Shown here in pieces: positions 19,221-27,460 of a stretch of 38,660 nt of DNA. Each line of letters begins with the position of its first letter. Position 1 is the stretch's first letter. The stretch lies in IMG/VR virus record IMGVR_UViG_3300003375_000062, positions 1-38,660 of that record; one strand, written 5' to 3'. The DNA is from a virus. Taxonomy: Duplodnaviria; Caudoviricetes. Position numbers and translations under genes: made by a program. Below the pieces are notes generated by a model. It had not been told where the DNA came from. It saw only the letters and a program-made list of their open reading frames with translations, and made no database searches.

Positions 19221-20689
19221 TCAGGCTATACAGTCTGGTGATGCTGAAACACTTGCTACACTGATTAAGGAACAAAATTTAGAAATAAAAGATGGCAAAG
19301 TTGTTGCTGGCCCCAAGATAGTAAAACAATCTTTTGATTTTTGGGATCAACGCCAATTGATTAAGAAAATTCTACTAAATTCGTAAATATTGCGACGTGA
19401 ACAGGTAACTGTTTAATGAAAACCGCTCTAATTGCTGGAAACTCCTTGATAAGGACAATCAGCAGCCAAGCATCGAAAGATGAAGGTTCAACGACTAGGT
19501 TGAAAGACCGTAGATCCAAGTGGATCGAAACGGGCGGCATCCAATTTAGTTGGATGGTGATATAGTCTCCTCTGCATGGTAACATGCAGCAGCACGTAAT
19601 GGTGCGGAATATGGCTTAACGAGCATATTTGAAGATTTGGTATATGGTGCACTAGGCAACCCTGGGTCAAGGTTCTTCGATGCAAGAGTAGCACAAAGCA
19701 CTACACTAAGCGGACGCTGCATCGTGAAGCATATGTGTAGTAAGATAAACGAAATTATCACAGGTGATTATGATTATAAAGGAATAGCATCAATTTACTC
19801 TGATACTGACTCGAATTATTTCTCTGCTTATCCTGTCATGAAAGATCTTCCAGAATTCAAGGACTTTGAGTGGACCAAGGAAAACGTAACCGATCTATAT
19901 GATAAGATTGGCGACATGACCAACGCAAGCTTTCCTGAGTTCATGAAGAAAGCATTTAACTGTCCGGAAAAAAACGGAGCCATAATCAGTGCAGCACGCG
20001 AGCTTTGTGCAATCAAAGGATTGTTTATCAAAAAGAAAAGATATGCCGTGCTTATCTATGATAAGGAAGGCAAGCGCAAGGATACAAACGGTAAAAAAGG
20101 CGAAATCAAAGCAATGGGGCTTGACCTCAAACGCAGTGATACACCAAAGATCGTACAGGAATTCCTCAGTGATATCCTGGTTGATGTGCTCACCGGGGCA
20201 AACGAAGCTGACATCCAAACAAAGGTGTTGGAATTCAGAAAGGAATTCCGCAGCTGGCCAGGGTGGTTGAAAGGTTCTCCAAAACGAGCAAACAAGATAA
20301 CCTATTATGAAGGCATCTTGAATTCTCAAACAACAATGGATTGGAAAACTCCTTCCAGTGCTAAAAAAACAATACCTGGTCATGTTCTGGCCAGCATAAA
20401 CTGGAATAGATTGAAAAAGATATATAACGATCACTATAGCATGCCTATCCAAGACGGATTCAAGGTTATCGTATGCAAACTACGCCCTAATCCCAGCGGA
20501 TTAACATCGGTTGCGTACCCAGTGGACGAAATGACCCTTCCACAATGGTTTAAGGATCTGCCGTTTGATGACGAAACGATGGAAGAAGTGCTGATAGACC
20601 AAAAAGTCAAAAATTTGCTTGGTGTTCTTAATTGGGATCTTGATGCAAACAAAAATGCCAATAGTTTTGGCGATCTATTCAGTTTTTAA
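19198..20689 (+). CDS. polB: Family B DNA polymerase, C-terminal subunit; join(19198..19384,19641..20689), 411 aa
   Basis: AGGAGG-ATG at 19198. Splicing restores motif B KKILLNS-L-YGAL. Motif C YSDTDS, KKKRYA and MGLDLKRSD follow. Confidence 0.9.
19385..19640 (+). mobile_element. Group I self-splicing intron, ORF-less (IA2-like)
   Basis: P1 UCGU|A...UGCGA with U-G at the 5' splice site. Core: P AATTGCTGGAAA (19430), Q AATCAGCAG (19457), R GTTCAACGACTA (19486), S GATATAGTC (19559), P3 CCGCTC/GGGCGG. Terminal G 19640; removal gives an in-frame T+TA Leu codon. Confidence 0.92.
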
Positions 20690-20703
20690 CAAAAGGAAAA
20701 TAA

Positions 20704-20898
20704 ATGAATAAAAAAATATATACGCCAGACGAACTCAAAACACTTGTTGACGCGCTCAATGGTGCACCGTCATACTTGTCAAAGCGATTCGTATTAAAGT
20801 ATCTATGCGGTTGGTCAGACGATATGATTGCAGAGAACGCGAAACTATGGCAAGAGGAAAATCAAGCAATGAAGATGGGAGAAAAAATGTGGCGCTAA
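20704..20898 (+). CDS. Small hypothetical protein resembling a portal-protein C-terminal segment
   Basis: AAGGA RBS; YLSKRFVLKYLCGWSDDMIAENAKLWQEE. Confidence 0.55.
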   Translation: MNKKIYTPDELKTLVDALNGAPSYLSKRFVLKYLCGWSDDMIAENAKLWQEENQAMKMGEKMWR

Positions 20899-21632
20899 AG
20901 GATTATGTAAAGGATCTTACAACTTATGTAACCCCTACAGGGTTTTTTGATAAGATCAAGATCACTGCTACCAATAAAGAAATCTCGGCAGAAGGTATGG
21001 AAAAGGAAAAGGAAGTAATCCTCAAGGGGAAGTTTTCCAAGCCTCTAGCCGAGCTTGAAGGAGAATTTGGATTGAGCAATCTTTCGTTGCTACAAACCAT
21101 TTCAAACGATCCTGAGTTTTCGTCCAATGACAGCACAATGACCATTGTGTATGATACCAAGGCAGGAGAAAAGGTTCCAACTGAGCTTGCGTATCAAAAC
21201 AAAAGCAAAAGTTATATCAATTATCGTTTCATGAATAAGCAGTTGGTACCAGACCAACCAAAGTTCCTGGAGCCAAAGTGGGATGTTGTTATAACTCCAA
21301 GCAAGTCAAACGTCCAGCAGTTTACATGGGCAGCCAACGGTCTTGGTTCATATGAACAGTATTTCATACCACGCATTGTTGATGGCGATCTCAAGTTCTT
21401 TATCGGAGAGGACGATGCTGCAACACAACGTGGTGGCGTGGTGTTTGCAAGCGATAGAAAGGAAACATTTGACAGCACCCATAAGTGGAAAATTGCACAG
21501 ATTCTTGCGGTGTTGAAGGTAGCTGATACCTGCGATTGTGAAATGGCATTTTCAACCAAGGGTGCCATACAAATCACTCTTAATACCGGGGTAGGCAGTT
21601 ATAGGTATATCTTCCCTGCAAAGGTTCGATAA
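20889..21632 (+). CDS. Probable DNA polymerase sliding clamp (gp45-like)
   Basis: ~247 aa, GTG start after GGAG, beta-rich, ends YRYIFPA, lies next to polB. Confidence 0.6.
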   Translation: MALKDYVKDLTTYVTPTGFFDKIKITATNKEISAEGMEKEKEVILKGKFSKPLAELEGEFGLSNLSLLQTISNDPEFSSNDSTMTIVYDTKAGEKVPTELAYQNKSKSYINYRFMNKQLVPDQPKFLEPKWDVVITPSKSNVQQFTWAANGLGSYEQYFIPRIVDGDLKFFIGEDDAATQRGGVVFASDRKETFDSTHKWKIAQILAVLKVADTCDCEMAFSTKGAIQITLNTGVGSYRYIFPAKVR

Positions 21633-21641
21633 GTCAATCAA

Positions 21642-21671
21642 GTAGCCCGGATGATTTCCGGGCTACTTTTT
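21642..21671 (+). terminator. Intrinsic terminator
   Basis: GTAGCCCGGA-tgatt-TCCGGGCTAC followed by a T-run. Confidence 0.85.
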
Positions 21672-21691
21672 GTTTTGATAAATATCACTGC

Positions 21692-22480
21692 ATGAAATTA
21701 AAAAAACACTATCGCACCATTGTAATAAGCGATTTACACATGGGCAGCAAAGGTTGCAAAGCAGCACTGCTGAATGATTTCCTGCGTAATCATACCTCAG
21801 ACTATCTATATCTAAATGGGGACATTTTTGATTGCTGGAAGATACAGCAAAATAAATGGTATTTCAATCGGCCACAAAGCAAGGTCCTGCGTAGGTTGCT
21901 TAAAATAAGCCTATCTAAAACACAGGTTGTTTATGTACTAGGCAACCACGACGATTTTTTCCGTAATTTCATAACATATAACGTCAATCTTGGCAAAATA
22001 CTTGTTGTAAATGAGCATACCCATATTGGAGCCAATGGACAAAAATTCTTGGTAACCCATGGCGATATGTTTGATACCGTAACCCGAGTGCACAGATGGG
22101 TCAGTTTTCTTGGTGACAAGGCCTATGACTGGTTATTGCGCATGAATGGCGCGGTCAACGCCTGCCGTAGATTGATCGGTTTGCGGTACTGGAGCTTGAG
22201 CCAATATCTTAAAACCAAAGTAAAAAAGGCCGTTAACTTCATTTATGATTTTGAAGAAACCTTGGCCAGATATGCCAAATCTAAAAATTACGAAGGCGTT
22301 ATCTGCGGACATATACATGTGGCAGAGATAAAAGATCTACATGGTATAACCTATCTCAACAGCGGTGACTGGGTTGAATCATGTACGGCACTGGTTGAAG
22401 ATGATACTGGCTGCTGGTCCATAATACACTGGCATAAGACAGATAACGAACTTCGCAATCTAACCAATACCATCAAATGA
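21692..22480 (+). CDS. plcP: PlcP-type phospholipase C (LpxH-like metallophosphoesterase)
   Basis: ISDLHMG, GDIFDCW, GNHDDF, HGDMFD, LGDKAY, YWSLS, KVKKAVNFI, CGHIH, NSGDWVESCTAL. Confidence 0.8.
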   Translation: MKLKKHYRTIVISDLHMGSKGCKAALLNDFLRNHTSDYLYLNGDIFDCWKIQQNKWYFNRPQSKVLRRLLKISLSKTQVVYVLGNHDDFFRNFITYNVNLGKILVVNEHTHIGANGQKFLVTHGDMFDTVTRVHRWVSFLGDKAYDWLLRMNGAVNACRRLIGLRYWSLSQYLKTKVKKAVNFIYDFEETLARYAKSKNYEGVICGHIHVAEIKDLHGITYLNSGDWVESCTALVEDDTGCWSIIHWHKTDNELRNLTNTIK

Positions 22481-23490
22481 AAATATGCTTAGTTACGGAT
22501 ACGTGGAACAATGTAAACGGCGTTGTAACAACCCTCAACGCCACGGTTCATGAGCTTGAACAACGGGGCCATACCGTAAAAATATTACATCCAGGGCTTT
22601 TTAAAACATTTTCAATGCCCAGCTATCCTGAAATAAAATTGAGCTGGAATCTTTGGAATCTTGGTTCCATGATTGAGCAGTTCGATCCTGATGCAATACA
22701 CATTGCAACAGAAGGTCCTCTTGGCTGCGCAGCTCGATGGTATTGCAAGGTTAGAAAAAGACAGATACCACACAATACCAGTTACCATACCAAATTTCCT
22801 GAATATCTGAAAATACATCATGGGATACCATTGTGGATAGGATATTGGTTTATGAGATTATTCCACAAGTTTAGTTCCAGGGTATTGGTCACAACCGCAA
22901 CGGTTAAAAATGAACTTACTGACCGTGGATTGACCAATTTGGTGGTATGGAACAGAGGAGTTGACCATGCTGTTTTCAATTCCAGCGGTCGTTGTGAAAC
23001 CTTGGCCAGCAAGCCAGTGTTGTTATGTGTCAGCCGTGCAAGTTATGAAAAAGGACTGGATGAGTTTTGTTCATTACAAACGACTGGGACAAAAATACTT
23101 GTTGGCGATGGTCCGTATCTAGAAGATCTAAAACAGAAATATCCAGATGTGATTTTCACAGGCTATAAAACTGGGAAAAATTTGCAGCATTACTATGCAA
23201 ATGCGGATGTTTTTGTTTTTCCTAGCAAAAGTGACACATTTGGAGTAGTTATGTTAGAAGCAATTGCATGCGGAACACCTGTAGCAGCGTATCCAGTTAC
23301 TGGGCCCATTGATGTCTTAACACCCGGTGTTAATGGGGCAATGGATACTGATCTCTACGTTGCAATTGAATCTGCACTGAAACTAGATAGAACCGTAGTT
23401 GAAAACAGCAGCCAGTGTTTCACTTGGGCTGCGTGCACCGATGTTTTTGAACGAAACTTGGTTAAAATAAAGAACCAGCAAACAAGTTGA
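22477..23490 (+). CDS. GT4 glycosyltransferase, Agt-like diacylglycerol glycosyltransferase
   Basis: VTDTW..VNGVV, IHIATEGPLG, TSYHTKFPEY, FVFPSKSDTFGVVMLEA; ATGA overlap with plcP. Confidence 0.85.
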   Translation: MKICLVTDTWNNVNGVVTTLNATVHELEQRGHTVKILHPGLFKTFSMPSYPEIKLSWNLWNLGSMIEQFDPDAIHIATEGPLGCAARWYCKVRKRQIPHNTSYHTKFPEYLKIHHGIPLWIGYWFMRLFHKFSSRVLVTTATVKNELTDRGLTNLVVWNRGVDHAVFNSSGRCETLASKPVLLCVSRASYEKGLDEFCSLQTTGTKILVGDGPYLEDLKQKYPDVIFTGYKTGKNLQHYYANADVFVFPSKSDTFGVVMLEAIACGTPVAAYPVTGPIDVLTPGVNGAMDTDLYVAIESALKLDRTVVENSSQCFTWAACTDVFERNLVKIKNQQTS

Positions 23491-23541
23491 TTAACCGCTT
23501 GCAGTTGATTATCATCACTAATAACAGCGGAGAATGACAAT

Positions 23542-23586
23542 ATGACAACAGAACCGACAAGTAGAATGATTTATGTGACATTTTGA
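23542..23586 (+). pseudogene. 5' stub of the QueD-like gene (MTTEPTSRMIYVTF*)
   Basis: GGAG RBS; MIYVTF aligns with FVYCTF of the 24426 protein and then hits TGA. Confidence 0.6.
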
Positions 23587-23629
23587 ATGATTTATGTTAC
23601 CTTCGTTAAATAAATCGGAGGTAACCAAC

Positions 23630-24433
23630 ATGTATTACATTTATGCACTGATTGATCCGCAAAACTACCAATATTTCTATATTGGGAAAGGAAAAAGAAA
23701 GAACAACCGACATTTGGATCATTTGCGTGAAAAACACGGAAAGATTAATCCATTAAAATGGCATCGAATTCAAAAAATTCGATCATTGGGTATGGATGTA
23801 TTGTTTGAAGTTATTATTGACAATATTCTCGATGAGAACATAGCTTACGATGAAGAAACTCGGCTAATTAAATTATACGGTAAAATTGTTGACGGAACCG
23901 GAATACTCACTAATATTATAGATGATGCTAAACCTCCGTCTTGGAAAGGGCGTGTTAAGTCAGAAGAGCATCGTAAAAACTTGTCTAAAGCACACCTCGG
24001 TAAAAAGCTCAGTCAAGAAACTATTGATAAAATCCGCGCAACAAAATTGACTAATGGAACACTTGTATCTAATGGAATGACCGGAAAAACTCACTCCGAC
24101 GAAACTAAAGAAAAAATTCGACTACGGAAAATAGGTACCATTATGTCACAAGAAAGTAGTTTGAAGAAAAGTGAAAAAACAAAAGGGCGAACTTGGTCTG
24201 AAGAAAGACGTCTAGCAGCTATGAATGGTAAAAAGACTGGGCCAAAAAGTAAAACTTGGTCCGAGGCTAGAAGAGCTGCTCATAATAAATGCAAAAGTAA
24301 GGAAGATAAACCAAATGACAACAAATCCGACAGTTTAAATGATGTACACGACGTTTCAAAAAAAGATGGATCCACAAGTATCCAGAAGCACTTAACTGAT
24401 ACGATGATTATCAAGGAGACCGACTATGAATAA
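23630..24433 (+). CDS. GIY-YIG homing endonuclease with NUMOD3 repeats
   Basis: YYIYAL...FYIGKG..R, KSEEHRKNLS, HSDETKEKI; TAAATA at 23607 and GGAGG RBS. Confidence 0.9.
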   Translation: MYYIYALIDPQNYQYFYIGKGKRKNNRHLDHLREKHGKINPLKWHRIQKIRSLGMDVLFEVIIDNILDENIAYDEETRLIKLYGKIVDGTGILTNIIDDAKPPSWKGRVKSEEHRKNLSKAHLGKKLSQETIDKIRATKLTNGTLVSNGMTGKTHSDETKEKIRLRKIGTIMSQESSLKKSEKTKGRTWSEERRLAAMNGKKTGPKSKTWSEARRAAHNKCKSKEDKPNDNKSDSLNDVHDVSKKDGSTSIQKHLTDTMIIKETDYE

Positions 24434-24803
24434 GAAAACATTTGTCTATTGCACATTCCAGAAAGAGGCTTATCACAAGTTCCCAGGGGCCGATACAAAT
24501 CCCAAATATGCAACTGGCGATGAGTATGATGTAAGCCATCTTGGATTTAGGCATATGCACTACTTCAATTTTAAGGTGTGGGTTCAAGTGACCCACGAAA
24601 ATCGTCAAATTGAGTTCATACAAATGCGGAGATGGATCGAGAATCTTTACTCAAAAGGTATCCTTGAGCTTGATAATCAAAGTTGCGAGATGATGAGTGA
24701 TGCCTTGTATGAAAAACTTATCGATCGCTATCCTGGCATGGAGATTAAAATAGATATTAGCGAGGAAGGCATTAACGGTTCGTATACCGAATATCAACCC
24801 TGA
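24426..24803 (+). CDS. QueD-like T-fold protein (DpdL-like)
   Basis: LGFRHMHYF (cf. LxxxHRHxF), IEFIQ, SCEM, ISEEGING; AAGGAG RBS inside the endonuclease 3' end. Confidence 0.7.
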   Translation: MNKKTFVYCTFQKEAYHKFPGADTNPKYATGDEYDVSHLGFRHMHYFNFKVWVQVTHENRQIEFIQMRRWIENLYSKGILELDNQSCEMMSDALYEKLIDRYPGMEIKIDISEEGINGSYTEYQP

Positions 24804-25782
24804 TATTGTGTTTTGAAAGCCAACTAGGGTTGTATAAGTTGTTGGCTTTTGATCCACCATACGTTGTAAATAAGAACAACGCAGTATCGACTCTGCCTCC
24901 TGTAAACACCTTCAGACCGTCTTTATAAATCTCATAAATCTTGCTATTTTTCTTTCCAGATTTACTCCTTGCATCTTTCAATCTACAAACTGTTTCGCTA
25001 TCATACAGCTCTTCGTATGTTTTTCCTTTCATTTTCTTGCTGGGATTATTTTGTTTTAGTTGTGTTGATCTTTTTAATTTGATTTGGTTGGATTTCTCTA
25101 TGCCATATATCTCTTCATAAGATTTACCGGCGTTTTTGTTTGGTGTTGACTTTCCTTTTAACATACTACCTTGATGAAATCCGGTGGGAGGTAATTCACT
25201 AGGTTGTAGTCTTATATTAGAAATGCCGTTTGTATATACAATCCAACCTCTATTATTAGTATTAGCATTAAATGATTCAATTATATTGTTGATATGCTTT
25301 GAAGATTTTTTCTTGCCTTTTAGAGCTGCTGAAACTTTTTGTCCGTGTCCTTTTGGTTTTTTGGGTCCCTTCAGTTCTCCAAGACCTAAAGATACTATTA
25401 CTTTCGCAAATGCAGTCTCCATCCATTTATATTGGTTAAAAGAATATACATACACAAGCTTCCTTCCAAGCAATGGGTGTTGTCTTGAATCAAACGTAAC
25501 TCCATAGCTGTTATTCAACCATTTTGGATTATCTATAACTTTCATCCGGCGTAGAACTTTATCTTCCCACATTCTCGCATCTTTACCTGATTTAAATATT
25601 TTTCGAACTTTGTAATCAAATGAATCCTTACCCAATAATTCTATTCTTTTGGCTATCTGCACAGAGCTTGTAAAATACTTGACCCATAATTCAGACGGAT
25701 GGCATCCACGGGCGTACCTTACGCCATAGTATACTTCTCCAGTTGGTATGCATTTGATCAAATATGTATATGGGGTTGTCAT
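24772..25782 (-). CDS. GIY-YIG-type homing endonuclease with NUMOD-like repeats
   Basis: PYTYLIK...YYGVRYA...YFTSS...WEDKVL; repeated GK(S/T)YEE(I/L)Y; AT-rich; TAAATA on the minus strand at 25813-25818. Confidence 0.85.
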   Translation of the reverse strand: MTTPYTYLIKCIPTGEVYYGVRYARGCHPSELWVKYFTSSVQIAKRIELLGKDSFDYKVRKIFKSGKDARMWEDKVLRRMKVIDNPKWLNNSYGVTFDSRQHPLLGRKLVYVYSFNQYKWMETAFAKVIVSLGLGELKGPKKPKGHGQKVSAALKGKKKSSKHINNIIESFNANTNNRGWIVYTNGISNIRLQPSELPPTGFHQGSMLKGKSTPNKNAGKSYEEIYGIEKSNQIKLKRSTQLKQNNPSKKMKGKTYEELYDSETVCRLKDARSKSGKKNSKIYEIYKDGLKVFTGGRVDTALFLFTTYGGSKANNLYNPSWLSKHNIRVDIRYTNR

Positions 25783-25974
25783 CACATTCTCTTGGTTATG
25801 TCCATCGTCATATATTTATCTTGACAATACCATTAATTTCTTCACATCATAGTATGATACAGTAAGATTTATAAAATTAAAACAAAATTTAATGTCGACA
25901 CACAACTAGTTGAATAACAAAGGTATAAGTGTCAACTGCACCAACTGCACCGATTGTGCAGTTGAGCTAATGCT

Positions 25975-26013
25975 ATTAGCGAAGATGGCAAAAACTGTGT
26001 AACATTAGAATAA
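25975..26013 (+). pseudogene. 3' stub of the QueD-like gene (ISEDGKNCVTLE*)
   Basis: att agc gaa gat ggc aaa aac versus att agc gag gaa ggc att aac at the end of the 24426 gene. Confidence 0.6.
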
Positions 26014-26027
26014 ACAAAGGATACGTA

Positions 26028-26285
26028 ATGAAGAACACTAAATTTGATCCAGTAACTGGTGAACTAGAATATACCCATAATGGTTATATTTTCCGTCTTA
26101 CATCAGAAGCCGTCATTGACGCTCTCAATTATCAAGGAATTGACATATTACATCACGTGTCAACGATAGTAGATAGCTTCGCTCCTGGTAATGGCGAAAG
26201 AATACGTGTAACCATACACCGAGACTTAGCAGATGATATTAGTTGGATAGAACACACTATACGAGTATCAAAGGTGCAACAATGA
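26028..26285 (+). CDS. Hypothetical protein
   Basis: AAGGA RBS; ATGA overlap with the next gene. Confidence 0.65.
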   Translation: MKNTKFDPVTGELEYTHNGYIFRLTSEAVIDALNYQGIDILHHVSTIVDSFAPGNGERIRVTIHRDLADDISWIEHTIRVSKVQQ

Positions 26286-27460
26286 GAAAACTTTTCTATA
26301 TGTCGTTGGAGTCATACAACTCAAGATACACTTACCAGCTAACCGAATGGACTCGTCGAGTCTTTGATCGCCGGGAGATCGACTATGTGATTGTGCCGGG
26401 TCAAACACTTGATAACAGCCAAGCCATTGTCACAGGACAAGTCTTGGATGCACATGGACGCAGCTACTTCTCCATGAGCCAGATGATGAACTTGGTTCAG
26501 ATGATGAAGAATGGACAGGTCACCGGCGAGGACGTGGTCTTCTTTGAAGACATGTTCTCACCAGGTATTGAGAGCCTGCCTTATATCATGAATCAGATTC
26601 CCGAGAAGATGCGTCCGCGAGTCTATGTTCGATGCCTGGCTCAAACCATTGACCCTGATGACTTTGTGCATGTGTGGGGCATGAGTAAATGGATGAGCCT
26701 CTACGAAGCCATGGTCAATGAGTTTGTCACAGGTGTGTTGGCCACTAACGAAGAGATGGTGGCTCACATGCGGATCGCCAACTGGACTGCACCTATCTAC
26801 AATATCTCAGGCTTGAGCTTTGGTAAGAATGAAGTGCTAGAGCGCATAGGCGGCGCAGATAATATCAAACCGTTTAACGAACGTGCGATTAGGGTAGCGT
26901 TTTCTGCAAGATTTGACCAAGAAAAACAACCAGAGTTTTTTATGGATTTAATTGAACTGGTCAAGTCAATTAGGCCGGAGATTGAATTTTGCGTGCTAAG
27001 CGGAGGTACGTTGCGTAGCAATGCACCTGCAAGCCTAGCCAGAGCAAGAAACTTGCAGGAACAAGGATTGTTGGTAATTAAAGAAAATCTCAGCAAAAAC
27101 GAATACTACTCACTGCTTAACGATACTAGGGTGCTGTTCAATTGTGCATTACAGGATTGGGTAAGCAACACGGTAAGCGAAGCTGACACGCTTGGTGCAA
27201 ATGTGCTTTATCCTGCATATCGTAGTTTTCCAGAAACGTTTGCCAATGATCATTCCAGGCTTTATGTTCCGTGGAGCATGGATGATGCCATCTCAAAGCT
27301 GTTTGTGCTGCTCGACTCGCCGCATGGCAAACAAGGTAGCATAAGTGATTGGAATGACGGGACTATTAATCGCATTATTGACATAATAACCGGTAATGGA
27401 GAACAATGGCGTAGGGACGGCGTTGACTATCGCCAACACACAAGAGGATCAAAATACTAA
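26282..27460 (+). CDS. GT-B fold glycosyltransferase in the deazaguanine cluster
   Basis: FSARFDQEKQPEFF, LSKNEYYSLL, QDWVSNTVSEA, YPAYRSFPE (GT-B C-terminal domain pattern). Confidence 0.75.
   Translation: MRKLFYMSLESYNSRYTYQLTEWTRRVFDRREIDYVIVPGQTLDNSQAIVTGQVLDAHGRSYFSMSQMMNLVQMMKNGQVTGEDVVFFEDMFSPGIESLPYIMNQIPEKMRPRVYVRCLAQTIDPDDFVHVWGMSKWMSLYEAMVNEFVTGVLATNEEMVAHMRIANWTAPIYNISGLSFGKNEVLERIGGADNIKPFNERAIRVAFSARFDQEKQPEFFMDLIELVKSIRPEIEFCVLSGGTLRSNAPASLARARNLQEQGLLVIKENLSKNEYYSLLNDTRVLFNCALQDWVSNTVSEADTLGANVLYPAYRSFPETFANDHSRLYVPWSMDDAISKLFVLLDSPHGKQGSISDWNDGTINRIIDIITGNGEQWRRDGVDYRQHTRGSKY

Noticed and set aside
17900-19384. Split intein joining the polymerase halves
   Set aside because: No Cys/Ser-initiated block A on the N-subunit tail and no His-Asn-Cys/Ser/Thr junction on the C-subunit.
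19174-19640. Separate 70-aa gene at 19174 and polymerase start at 19637
   Set aside because: Both are artefacts of the group I intron; they are exons of one gene.
21692-22480. LpxH (lipid A biosynthesis)
   Set aside because: The YWSLS/KAVNFI/GDWVES motifs and the adjacent Agt-like gene fit PlcP better.
24816-24850. AAAGCCAAC/GTTGGCTTT hairpin as a terminator
   Set aside because: Long loop, and it lies inside the minus-strand nuclease ORF; plausible but not supportable.
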